A DNA stretch of 32,000 nt from Geotalea uraniireducens Rf4 (GTDB lineage: Bacteria; Desulfobacterota; Desulfuromonadia; Geobacterales; Geobacteraceae), in NCBI RefSeq assembly GCF_000016745.1, contig NC_009483.1:3210001-3242000 (forward strand). Direction: 5' to 3'. The notes beneath the pieces were generated by a model, which was given only the letters and a program-made list of their open reading frames with translations, did no database searches and was not told where the DNA came from. Made by a program: the position numbers and the translations under genes. Positions 14,958 to 23,368 of this stretch are shown piece by piece; position 1 is the first letter of the stretch; each line of letters starts with the position of its first letter.

Positions 14958-16376
14958 CTATTCCTCCCCCGCGACAGTCGGCACCTCGGCGCGGCCAAGC
15001 GGGACACGAGCCTCGCGAACTTCAAGCTCCCGCACGTCGGTCACCGCCACAATCGGAAACAGCTTGGCAAAGAAGGTGTAAAGCAGGGCAAAGCCGGCCA
15101 GAGCAGCGATGTTGACGGAGATCTCCACCCACGAGGGGCGGTAGCTCCCCCAGATGAACGGCATGTTCTTGTGGGAAAGCGATGGCACGATGATCAGGAA
15201 ACGCTCGATGAACATGGCGACGTTGACCAGCAGGGAAACAGACAGCATCACCCCGATGGAACGCCGCAGCCTCTTGAAGCACATTGCCGTGATCGGCAGC
15301 AACGAGTTGCCCACAAGCATCAAGAGCAGCAAGAAGGTATATTTGTTTGCCATGAAGCTGAAGACCTCCCACTCGATCGGTTCATGGGCGTACCAGGTGG
15401 TCTGGACCTCGACGAAGTAGGCATAAGACCAGAGGAGCGAGATGACCAGCAAAATCTTCCCCATGTTGTCGAAGTGGAGCGGGGTCAGGTACTCCTCCAG
15501 GTGGAATGCGCGACGGATGATGATCATCAGGGTGATCACAGCGGCCACCCCGGAGAGAATGGCTCCGATGACGAAATAAGGGGGAAAGATGGTGCTGTGC
15601 CAGCCGGGGACCACGGTGACGGCGAAGTCCCAGGCGACTATGGAGTGCACCGAGACAGCAACCGGGATGATCAGGGCCGCCATCAGGGTCGAGGCCTGGT
15701 GGTAGACCACCCACTCGCGGGCCGTTCCCCGCCACCCCATGGCCAGGACGGTATACAGTTTCCTCCGCCAGCCGTGCGAACGGTCCCGGACCACCGCCAG
15801 GTCGGGGAGCATCCCCAGGTAAAGAAAGATACTGCTGCCGATGATGTAGCTCGTGATCGCCGTAACGTCCCACAGAAGCGCCGAGCGGAAATTGGGCCAG
15901 AGCCCCCGCTGGTTGGGATAGGGTATCAGGTAGTAGAAGATCCAGTTGCGCCCCAGGTGGATAAGCGGAAAGAGGCCGGCCACGGTGATGGAGAAAACTG
16001 TCATCGCCTCGGCGGCACGCAGGATCGGCCGGCGCCAGTTGGCCCGGGAGAGGCGCAGGATGGCCGAGACCATGGTCCCGGAATGGGAGAGCCCGACCCA
16101 GAAGACGAAACCGGTGATGTAGAAACCCCACATGACCGGCCGGTCCTTGCCGGTCACGTACATGCCGTGCGTCACCTGCCAGGTGAAGGCGAACAGGCCC
16201 CAGGCCACCACTGCGCCGAGAAAGAAGGCGAGCAGATACCAGCGCCGGGTCGGGGGGCGCAGCGAGGAGAGGAGCTCGTCGTTCAGCTGTCCGACGGTTT
16301 TGGTCTCATTAGTCGCATGGGTCCCATTGGTCTTATGGGACTCATGCGACGAATATGACTCATGGGACTCAGACAT
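14958..16376 (-). CDS. actC: NrfD/PsrC-like quinone-interacting membrane subunit (ActC-like)
   Basis: 472-aa ORF with about 10 TM segments of NrfD-type sequence. It has an unusual Ser/His-rich N-terminal tail (SESHESYSSHESHKTNGTH). An 8-nt overlap joins it to actB2. Confidence 0.85.
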   Translation of the reverse strand: MSESHESYSSHESHKTNGTHATNETKTVGQLNDELLSSLRPPTRRWYLLAFFLGAVVAWGLFAFTWQVTHGMYVTGKDRPVMWGFYITGFVFWVGLSHSGTMVSAILRLSRANWRRPILRAAEAMTVFSITVAGLFPLIHLGRNWIFYYLIPYPNQRGLWPNFRSALLWDVTAITSYIIGSSIFLYLGMLPDLAVVRDRSHGWRRKLYTVLAMGWRGTAREWVVYHQASTLMAALIIPVAVSVHSIVAWDFAVTVVPGWHSTIFPPYFVIGAILSGVAAVITLMIIIRRAFHLEEYLTPLHFDNMGKILLVISLLWSYAYFVEVQTTWYAHEPIEWEVFSFMANKYTFLLLLMLVGNSLLPITAMCFKRLRRSIGVMLSVSLLVNVAMFIERFLIIVPSLSHKNMPFIWGSYRPSWVEISVNIAALAGFALLYTFFAKLFPIVAVTDVRELEVREARVPLGRAEVPTVAGEE

Positions 16377-17082
16377 GCTCCCTGCCCCCTCCCTTGAGGT
16401 AATAGACCGAAGGGTGCGTACCCAGATGCTCCAGCAGCCTAAAGCGGCGGGGGCTGCGGGAGAGCCGCGCCACCCGGCTCTGCGGATCGGCCATGTTGCC
16501 GAAGACGATTGCCTCGGCCGGACAGGTCTGGGCGCAGGCCGGCTGCACCTCGCCGTCGCGGACCATGCGTCCTTCCCCCTTAGCCTCTTCCTTGGCCCGG
16601 CGGATGCGCTGGACGCAGAAGGTGCACTTTTCCATCACCCCTCTGGAGCGCACCGTGATGTCCGGAGAGAGCTGGTTGTCGAGAGGCTTCGGCCAATCAT
16701 GGGGGTAGAAGTTGAAAACCCGCACGGCATATGGACAGTTGTTGCCGCAGTAGCGGGTGCCGACGCAGCGGTTGTAGACCTGGCCGTTCAGGCCGTCGGG
16801 GTTATGGTAGCTGGCGTAGACCGGGCAGACCGGCTCGCAGGGGGCATCGTGGCAGTGCTGGCAAAGCACCGGCAGGAAGCGTACCCGCACGTCCGGGTAT
16901 TCCCCCACCCAGAAACGCTCGATGCGCAGCCAGTGCATGTCGCGCCCCTCGGCAATCTCCTTTTTATCACAGAGCCCCACGTTGTTCTCAGCCTGGCAGG
17001 CGACTACGCAGGCGCCGCAGCCGGTGCAGCGGTCGAGGTCGATGACCATTCCCCATTTGTATGGACTCGTCATTTTTTCCAT
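16369..17082 (-). CDS. actB2: 4Fe-4S ferredoxin-type subunit (ActB2 / NrfC-like)
   Basis: Cys clusters CTGCGACVVAC, CQHCHDAPCEPVCP, CVGTRYCGNNCP and CTFC...C...CP are typical of four-cluster NrfC/PsrB proteins. Confidence 0.85.
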   Translation of the reverse strand: MEKMTSPYKWGMVIDLDRCTGCGACVVACQAENNVGLCDKKEIAEGRDMHWLRIERFWVGEYPDVRVRFLPVLCQHCHDAPCEPVCPVYASYHNPDGLNGQVYNRCVGTRYCGNNCPYAVRVFNFYPHDWPKPLDNQLSPDITVRSRGVMEKCTFCVQRIRRAKEEAKGEGRMVRDGEVQPACAQTCPAEAIVFGNMADPQSRVARLSRSPRRFRLLEHLGTHPSVYYLKGGGREHV

Positions 17083-17140
17083 ATGACCTTCTATCTTTTG
17101 GCAAACAAAATCTCTGAACCGCCCGCTCCTTTCAGTCGCT

Positions 17141-17286
17141 CAAGACGCAAAGTACGCAAGAAAAGACAAATACTTTTCAGAGACAAAGTCTTTGCTTTGG
17201 CACAAAATCAGGCGAAAAGCATTTCGCCTTTGCTTTGCTTTCCTTTGCTTTCCTTTGCTTTCCTTTGCATCTTTGCGTCTTTGCGG
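17141..17286. repeat. MITE-like hairpin element in the actB1-actB2 spacer, built from GCAAAG-type short repeats
   Basis: The left arm is AAGACGCAAAGTACGCAAGAAAAG and the reverse complement of the right arm is AAGACGCAAAGATGCAAAGGAAAG. A 10-bp unit TCCTTTGCTT occurs 3 times in tandem (17241-17270). There is an inner hairpin GGCGAAA-AGC-ATTTCGCC. Confidence 0.6.
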
Positions 17287-17314
17287 TTCAAAGGTTTCTT
17301 GAATATCCGTTGGT

Positions 17315-19510
17315 TTAAATCTCGATCAGCTCGCTCCGGTAGCTCCCCTGCGGATGCCCGGCCGTCACCAGTTCCCCCTTCTCCGAGATCCGGGTCAGCC
17401 TCACCCGGGTGGCGTGCCAGGCCGGCCGGGTCTCCGTTCCGTCAGTTATCAGCGCCAGCAGCACGAGGGGATTCGAACCCCGGCCCCGGGCATAGCGTCC
17501 CATCCCCCGGTGCCCCTGCCCGAGAGGGATCGCCACCATGTCGGGGCGGATGCCGGGGTAGATCACCGCCGGCAGACGCATCGCACCTTGGGGAGAGGTT
17601 ACCTCCACCAGGTCGCCGAAGCCGATCCCCATCTCTGCGGCGGTGCGGGGGTTGATCTCGACCCAACTATCCCAGACCACGGTGGTCATCGGGTCGGGGA
17701 GCTGCTGCAACCAGGGAAGCGGCGCGCCTCTGCCGTCATAAAAAGCGATAGAGGGATATACCAGCAGATGCAGCGGAAACCGCTTCTCATCCCCGGCAAA
17801 CCTGGGTTCGGCCGGGTTGGGGAGGGATGAACCGGGTGCCCGGCGATACCCCTTCTCCTGGCCTTGGCGAGTTTCGAAGAGCCCCCCCTGCCGGAGGAGC
17901 TCCACCCACACCGTTTCGAAATCCCTCCGCGCCGCACGGCCGACCCGCTTTTCCATCGTCCCCTTCAGCATCTCCTGATACGATTGGTAGGGGAACGCCG
18001 CCGTCTTCCCGCCCAGTTTGTCGGCCATAGCCATCAGCACATCGGGGAACTGGCGGGTGTCAAAGAGGGGCGTCACCACCGGTTGCATCAGCCCGATCAC
18101 CCTATCCCGGGTGCCGGCCAGCGGGATCACGTCTCCCCAGCTCTCCAGAGCAGCGTGGTCCGGCAGGATCAGATCGGCCTGTAGTGCAGTGTCGTCCATC
18201 AGTGAGGAGAAGCTGACGATGAACGGCACTCGGGCCAGTGCCTCCTGGAAACCGGTGGCCGGTGGAATGGCATGGACCGGATCACCGTGGATCATGGCCA
18301 CCCGGAATCGGCCATCGCGCATCGCCGCGACCAGGGAAAGGAGCTCGGTAAATGAGTTTTCCGGGCCCACGCGCGACCCTCCGTCCGGATAGACCCCTCC
18401 TGGCCGGTTCAGGTTCCCCACCAGCAGATTCAGCATCTGCACGGCGCGGACTGCATCCGGGCCGTTGCTCTGAAAGGCAACCGTCTCCCCGGCCATGGCC
18501 AGCGCCGGGCGGGTGGTGGCAAACTCCCGCGCCACCTCGGCTATTATCCGTTGCGGCAGGCCGGTCTGTTCCGCCACCCGGGGAAGATCGTACGCTTCCA
18601 GCCGCCTCAGCAGTTTCTCCGTCTGGAGCCCGTTCACCGCAAGGGAACCTGCGTCGGAAAGAGACTCGGCCAGGATCAGCCTGGCCATGCCCAGGGCCAG
18701 TGCTCCTTCGCTTCCCGGCCGGGCCGGCATCCAACGGTCGGCCGAGGCGCCGGTCAGTGACATCCTGCCGCCGACGTAGGTAAAATGACCGCGGACCGTA
18801 TCCCGCCCCTGGCGCATCCGGCCGAAGGCGTAACCGTACTGGACCGGCGACAGGTGGTGCTCCACGAAATCAGCACCGAAGCTGAGAAGATAACGGGTCT
18901 CGGCCACGTCGTACCAGGGGAGGCCGGGCTGGCCGAAGCTCCGGCGGGTGGCCGTGCGGAGCCAATCGGGACCGAGGAGATCAAAGGAGAGATGATGGGG
19001 CGAGCCGAAGACGCGCATGAAGCGCGTTGTCAACTCCACCAGGGTGCCGTTCAGCTGTGGCGTCACCAGAGCCAGACGGTCGGTTGCCTTTTCCCGTTGC
19101 AGTGCCCTGAGTTGGCCTGCAAGCAGTTCCAGCGACTCTTCCCAGGAAATCCGCGTGAATGCGCCCGAACCGCGGGGCCCGCTCCGCTTGAGCGGCTGCG
19201 GCACCCGGTCGGGATGGTAAAGCTCCTGCAGAACGGCCTGCCCCATGGCGCAGAGTTTTCCCCTGTTAACCGGATGGGCGGGATTCCCCTCGATTTTCTT
19301 GGCCCGCCCCTCGGACACCCGGACCAGGATGCCGCAGCCGGCCGGGCAGAACCGGCAGGAACTGGCGTAGTAATCGGCTTTACCGGGTGTCACCCCCTCG
19401 TCGGGCGGGACCAGGTAGGGAATCAGTTTCTCGTTTCCCGACTGGCACCCCGAAAGCACGGTACCGGCGGCCGTCATGCCACTGAGCTGCAAAAATGTTC
19501 GCCGTTTCAT
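17315..19510 (-). CDS. actB1: Tat-exported molybdopterin-oxidoreductase-fold subunit (ActB1-like)
   Basis: The ATG at 19510 gives MKRRTFLQLSGMTAAGTVLSGC (twin-arginine signal). The N-terminal motif CRFCPAGCG...C(AMG) is of the MopB FS0 type, on a ~730-aa MopB-like body. Confidence 0.85.
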   Translation of the reverse strand: MKRRTFLQLSGMTAAGTVLSGCQSGNEKLIPYLVPPDEGVTPGKADYYASSCRFCPAGCGILVRVSEGRAKKIEGNPAHPVNRGKLCAMGQAVLQELYHPDRVPQPLKRSGPRGSGAFTRISWEESLELLAGQLRALQREKATDRLALVTPQLNGTLVELTTRFMRVFGSPHHLSFDLLGPDWLRTATRRSFGQPGLPWYDVAETRYLLSFGADFVEHHLSPVQYGYAFGRMRQGRDTVRGHFTYVGGRMSLTGASADRWMPARPGSEGALALGMARLILAESLSDAGSLAVNGLQTEKLLRRLEAYDLPRVAEQTGLPQRIIAEVAREFATTRPALAMAGETVAFQSNGPDAVRAVQMLNLLVGNLNRPGGVYPDGGSRVGPENSFTELLSLVAAMRDGRFRVAMIHGDPVHAIPPATGFQEALARVPFIVSFSSLMDDTALQADLILPDHAALESWGDVIPLAGTRDRVIGLMQPVVTPLFDTRQFPDVLMAMADKLGGKTAAFPYQSYQEMLKGTMEKRVGRAARRDFETVWVELLRQGGLFETRQGQEKGYRRAPGSSLPNPAEPRFAGDEKRFPLHLLVYPSIAFYDGRGAPLPWLQQLPDPMTTVVWDSWVEINPRTAAEMGIGFGDLVEVTSPQGAMRLPAVIYPGIRPDMVAIPLGQGHRGMGRYARGRGSNPLVLLALITDGTETRPAWHATRVRLTRISEKGELVTAGHPQGSYRSELIEI

Positions 19511-19541
19511 AGCGGCCTCACACTTCAGATTCCACAATCTT

Positions 19542-19687
19542 TGCCACAGAGTCACAGAGACACAGAGGGATCACAGAGATTTCTTTAGAATTGACAACCT
19601 GAATCTTTAAGTTCATTCATAAATTTTAAAGACCAACCTCTTGTAATTACTCATGGTTTCTCTCTGAGTCTCTGTGTCTCCGTGGCA
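19542..19687. repeat. MITE-like hairpin element in the actA-actB1 spacer, built from CACAGAG-type short repeats
   Basis: The left arm is TGCCACAGAGTCACAGAGACACAGAGGGA and the reverse complement of the right arm is TGCCACGGAGACACAGAGACTCAGAGAGA. They flank an AT-rich core of about 90 bp. Confidence 0.6.
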
Positions 19688-19704
19688 GAATTGAAGGATT
19701 TAAG

Positions 19705-20220
19705 TCATTTATGACACGTCCAGCAGTCAATGCTGGCTTTGTGCTGTCGATGACAGTTCAGGCACCACCCCATCTTGAGCTCGGCAGATCGGGCGACACG
19801 TTCCATGGCGGCCACCTCGTCGTGGCAGACGGTGCAGGAGAGTCTGGCGCGGATGTGCATCATATGCGGGAAGTAGACGTGATCCGGCAGGCTGTAGACC
19901 CTGACCCAGGGTATTGGCTCCCGTTTTTCCCAGTACAACATCAGCTTCTTTATTTCCGGTGCGTCAGGGGAGATGAACAGATGACAGGCCCGACAGTCCG
20001 CCACCGCCGGGATGCCGGCAACGGGTGACTCAGGGGCGTAGCGATGACAGAAGAGGCAATGGATGCCGTTGTCGCCGGCATGCACCTTATGGCTGAAAGC
20101 GAGCGGCTGTAACGGAGAGCGGTCCCGCATATCCAGCGGCAGATAGTACATCAAAGCCAAGCCGGCAACAACAACGCCCGCAGCGAAGATCAGCCCGGCA
20201 ATAAGCCACGATATTTTCAT
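19705..20220 (-). CDS. actA: Membrane-anchored pentahaem cytochrome c (ActA-like)
   Basis: The ATG at 20220 gives MKISWLIAGLIFAAGVVVAGL (anchor). There are five CXXCH motifs: CLFCH, CRACH, CTVCH, CLNCH, CWTCH. Confidence 0.8.
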   Translation of the reverse strand: MKISWLIAGLIFAAGVVVAGLALMYYLPLDMRDRSPLQPLAFSHKVHAGDNGIHCLFCHRYAPESPVAGIPAVADCRACHLFISPDAPEIKKLMLYWEKREPIPWVRVYSLPDHVYFPHMMHIRARLSCTVCHDEVAAMERVARSAELKMGWCLNCHRQHKASIDCWTCHK

Positions 20221-20282
20221 GCTGTTCACCAGAAATCGACCGGGAAAATGACGGTCAGGATGAACCACGTTCCGCTCTGTCT

Positions 20283-20310
20283 ATATTAACAGGCATTTAC
20301 CTGCTGTCAA
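20283..20310 (-). promoter_or_regulatory. Sigma70-type promoter of the act operon
   Basis: The minus strand reads TTGACA-16 nt-TAATAT, about 60 nt upstream of the actA ATG. Confidence 0.55.
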
Positions 20311-20566
20311 AAACCGACGAAACGAGGAGCCTGCGCTAACCGGCATGGAGGCGAGGATTCAGGAAATTTCAGGGGTGGACAGCCGGCTCCCCCCCCAAAA
20401 AACTTGTCTTTGTCCTCACCCAGGGTAACCCGGACGAAACACTCTTCGCCGAGTGTGCTTAACTTTCATGCTGACTTCTCCGTCGTTCTGTTCCGGCCAC
20501 CCGCTGCAAAATGCTCGCCTCCGGCGCGGTGTTGACTACTTTCGTGTTAACATGGATGCCCCTTCC

Positions 20567-22267
20567 TCAGAACTTCTCGAACTGGTCATCGATGGCGGCA
20601 TCACCCATATTGAAAGCCACCCCCTCTGCGCCCACCGCCTTTTTCATCGCCGCGCCGTGGTCCAGATGGGTGATCTGTGTGACTTTGCCACTGCGGACCG
20701 CCTTCGTTGCCGGCTTTGCCGCCTGTGCAGGCAGACCGGCCATCGCACCCCGCCCCTGTTCGTCCACCCGGAAGAACGCGATTGCGCTCTGGAGCTGTTC
20801 GGCCTGGGAAGCGAGCTCCTCGGCCGTGGAGGCCATCTCTTCGCTGGCAGAGGAGTTCTGCTGGATCACCTGGTCGAGCTGCTGGATTGCCTTGTTGATC
20901 TGCTCGGCGCCGGTATCCTGCTCCCGGCTGGCGGCAGAGATCTCCTGCACCAGTTCGGCGGTCCGCTGGATGTCCGGCACCATCTTGGTCAAGAGCTCTC
21001 CGGCCCGTTCCGCCACATCGACGCTGGAGGCGGACAGCTCCGATATCTCCGCGGCCGCCTTCTGGCTCCTTTCGGCCAGTTTTCTCACCTCGCTCGCCAC
21101 TACAGCAAACCCCTTGCCGTGCTCCCCGGCCCTCGCCGCCTCGATGGCCGCGTTCAGGGCCAAAAGGTTCGTCTGCCTGGCGATCTCCTCGATGATGCCA
21201 ATCTTGCCAGCGATATCCTTCATGGCGTGGACCGTCTGCTCGACCGCCTTGCCGCCTGCCCTGGCGTCGGAGGCGCTCTTGACGGCGATCTTCTCGGTCT
21301 GAAGGGCGTTGTCGGCGTTCTGCCTGATGTTGGAGCTCATCTGCTCCATGCTGGACGACGCCTCCTCGGCGGCGGCCGCCTGCTCGGAAGAGCCCTGGCT
21401 CATCTCCTCGGAGCCCGAGGAGAGCTCCTGAGAGCCGGAAGCCACATTGTCGGCCGCGGACTGCACGTTGACGACCACATCCTTCAACTTCTCCACCATG
21501 TTCCCCATGGCGGCCAGTAACTGGCCCGTCTCGTCTTTGGTGTTTGACTCAAGCACTACCGTCAGGTCACCGGCGGCCAAGCGGTTGGCGACCTCCACCG
21601 CTTCCCGGAGAGGCCGGGATATGATGCGGGCTATGAACAAGCCGAGACCTATCGCAACAGCCACCCCGAAGCAGAGGATCGTCAGCATCAGCGTAGCGGC
21701 CTTTCGGGCCTCGGCTTCGTTTTCAATATCCTTCTTCCTGGCAAGTTCAACCTTCATATCCCCCAACTTGTCCATCAAGGTTTCGAGCTCTTTGGCCAGC
21801 CCGGCCGCTTCCGGACTGCGCATATAGGTAACGGCCTCCTCATCCTTGTCCGCCATGGCCAGGGTTATGATTTTTTCCCGAACAGGCTCGTATTTAGCTA
21901 TCAGACCCTTGAGGGATTCGTACTCCTTCTTCAACTCCGCGTTCTTCACTGTCTTTTCAAAGGTTGCCAGCCCATCGTCGACCTCCTTATCCAGTTCCTT
22001 GATGAGAGCCACACGCTTGTTCTTCTCCTCGATGGTTTTATCGAGAATCAGATCCCGCAGGTTCACGCGAGTCCTTTGAAACGGTACCGCCGTATCGAGC
22101 AGCACCATGAGAGGTTCGGTGTTCATCTTGTACATTGCCGAAGCCGATTCTTCTATCTCATTGATCTTGAGAATCCCCAACACGCCGACACCCACGGCTA
22201 TCAGGGCCAGCAATGTGAAGCCAATGACGAGTTTCTTGCCGATTTTCAGATTGTAGAACCATTTCAT
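20567..22267 (-). CDS. Methyl-accepting chemotaxis protein (four-helix-bundle sensor, HAMP, MA domain)
   Basis: The ATG at 22267 (AAGGAG upstream) gives [22 protein letters not shown] region follows the second TM. The highly conserved signalling hairpin is [41 protein letters not shown]. Confidence 0.9.
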   Translation of the reverse strand: MKWFYNLKIGKKLVIGFTLLALIAVGVGVLGILKINEIEESASAMYKMNTEPLMVLLDTAVPFQRTRVNLRDLILDKTIEEKNKRVALIKELDKEVDDGLATFEKTVKNAELKKEYESLKGLIAKYEPVREKIITLAMADKDEEAVTYMRSPEAAGLAKELETLMDKLGDMKVELARKKDIENEAEARKAATLMLTILCFGVAVAIGLGLFIARIISRPLREAVEVANRLAAGDLTVVLESNTKDETGQLLAAMGNMVEKLKDVVVNVQSAADNVASGSQELSSGSEEMSQGSSEQAAAAEEASSSMEQMSSNIRQNADNALQTEKIAVKSASDARAGGKAVEQTVHAMKDIAGKIGIIEEIARQTNLLALNAAIEAARAGEHGKGFAVVASEVRKLAERSQKAAAEISELSASSVDVAERAGELLTKMVPDIQRTAELVQEISAASREQDTGAEQINKAIQQLDQVIQQNSSASEEMASTAEELASQAEQLQSAIAFFRVDEQGRGAMAGLPAQAAKPATKAVRSGKVTQITHLDHGAAMKKAVGAEGVAFNMGDAAIDDQFEKF

Positions 22268-22315
22268 TTCCCGACTCCTTTCGTATCCGATTGGTAAAAA
22301 GACCATTTTGCATCT

Positions 22316-22471
22316 ATCACACTATTGGTTTCCAATTCGGAAACGAGGGATTTTTCGTCCTGGCAAGGAAATCAAGGGATTGCGCGGAGGCGTACATCGG
22401 TACGCCGCACAAGCAAGCCCGAAGATTGACGCCGCCAGGGCAAAAAAGCACCGTTTCCGGATGGAAACTAA
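22316..22471 (+). repeat. Copy 2 of the ~155-nt structured repeat, between the MCP start and the end of the response-regulator gene
   Basis: See copy 1. The plus strand here equals the minus strand of 2472-2626, apart from about 8 differences. Confidence 0.7.
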
Positions 22472-22593
22472 ATATTCTCTTCGGCCCGCCGACATATGGA
22501 TAAATAGGAGGATTACGCAAAACCAATGCAAAATGATTTACGCTATGAATAGGAAAAAGTAGTATGGAGGGGGGGATGGGTACGGCAACGCTG

Positions 22594-22620
22594 TGTGGCT
22601 GCCCGATCAGGGCAGCCACA
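22594..22620 (-). terminator. Stable hairpin after the response-regulator gene (terminator-like, no U tract)
   Basis: TGTGGCTGCCC-GATCA-GGGCAGCCACA, an 11-bp perfect stem 12 nt downstream of the stop at 22632. Confidence 0.4.
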
Positions 22621-22631
22621 GAGGGCCGTCC

Positions 22632-23282
22632 TTATTCGATCGAGGTCAACCCTTCGCGAACTGCGTACTTGGTGAGATCCGCTACGTTGAACAAGTTGAG
22701 TTTCTTCATGACGCTCATACGCTGAACCGCGACGGTCTTGATGCTGACTCCGAATGTGAACGCGATCTCCTTGGTGCTGTTGCCGTTGGCAATGAGCTGA
22801 AGTACTTCCCGTTCCCGTTTGGAGAGTTGGACGCAGGAATCGCTGGAATTCGCATCGGCACCCTTGGTATAGTCCCTGATGACCAGGGAGGTGATTTGCG
22901 GACAGAGGTAGGGCTCCCCCGACGCCACGGTATGGATGGCCCCTACAAGTTCCTCGACGGCACAGTCCTTGAGCAGATAGCCTGTGGCGCCCGCCTTGAA
23001 AGTTTCCATTACGCAGGCGCGATCCAGAACCATCGACAGGACAAGAGTCCTGACATCGGGATGGGCCGCCACGATCTGCCGTATCGCCTCGATGCCATTC
23101 ATCTCCGGCATGGTCAGATCCATGACGACCACGTCAGGGAGGAGCTCATCGGCCTTGCGGATCGCTTCCCGACCGTTGGCCGCCTCAGCCACCACTTCAA
23201 TTGTATGTTCCAGCGCCAGGATGGCCTTCAATCCCTTCCGCATGATCTTATGATCGTCCACCAACAACACCCTGATATTCAT
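22632..23282 (-). CDS. NarL/FixJ (LuxR-type HTH) response regulator
   Basis: The ATG at 23282 (AGGAGG upstream) gives MNIRVLLVDDHKIMRKGL...VVVMDLTMPEMNG (REC domain). The C-terminus is LSKREREVLQLIANGNSTKEIAFTFGVSIKTV (LuxR HTH). Confidence 0.9.
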   Translation of the reverse strand: MNIRVLLVDDHKIMRKGLKAILALEHTIEVVAEAANGREAIRKADELLPDVVVMDLTMPEMNGIEAIRQIVAAHPDVRTLVLSMVLDRACVMETFKAGATGYLLKDCAVEELVGAIHTVASGEPYLCPQITSLVIRDYTKGADANSSDSCVQLSKREREVLQLIANGNSTKEIAFTFGVSIKTVAVQRMSVMKKLNLFNVADLTKYAVREGLTSIE

Positions 23283-23368
23283 TGGACCTCCTGTTCGTAT
23301 CTCCCGGCTCACTCACCGGCTCCCTTTTCAGCTCGTGATGTCGAGGATTATGCCACGGTATGAAGTAT

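Noticed and set aside
17467-17481. GGGGATTCGAACCCC, a tRNA T-arm-like sequence
   Set aside because: It lies inside the actB1 coding region. No acceptor, D or anticodon arms can be drawn around it.
11980-17655. Long plus-strand ORFs 11980-13395, 15171-16358 and 16132-17655, antisense to the beta-helix and act genes
   Set aside because: Their products are Arg/Gly/Pro/His-rich with no recognisable motifs. The opposite strand encodes proteins with clear family signatures (beta-helix turns, NrfD TM pattern, Fe-S Cys clusters). They are a GC-rich antisense-frame artefact.
20389-20402. C8 followed by A6 homopolymer tract between the MCP stop and the act promoter (and a G7 tract at 22569-22575)
   Set aside because: These could be slippage-prone. 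However, they lie ~80 bp upstream of the -35 box, not in a promoter spacer or an ORF, so the sequence gives no evidence for phase variation.
20453-21520. 355-aa plus-strand ORF (and 20511-21302) overlapping the MCP gene
   Set aside because: It is antisense to a chemoreceptor gene whose translation carries unmistakable MCP signalling motifs. Its own product is low-complexity (L/G/R/H-rich), as is typical of the reverse frame of coiled-coil-coding GC-rich DNA. It has no RBS.
22425-22470. GCCGCCAGGGCAAAAAAGCACC inside the repeat resembles the CACAGGGCAAACC segment of GEMM-I (c-di-GMP/cGAMP) riboswitches, which are common in Geobacter
   Set aside because: The second conserved half (ACGCAAAGCC...) and the tetraloop-receptor architecture are absent. 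The overall fold I can draw is a single long hairpin, not the two-helix GEMM-I shape.
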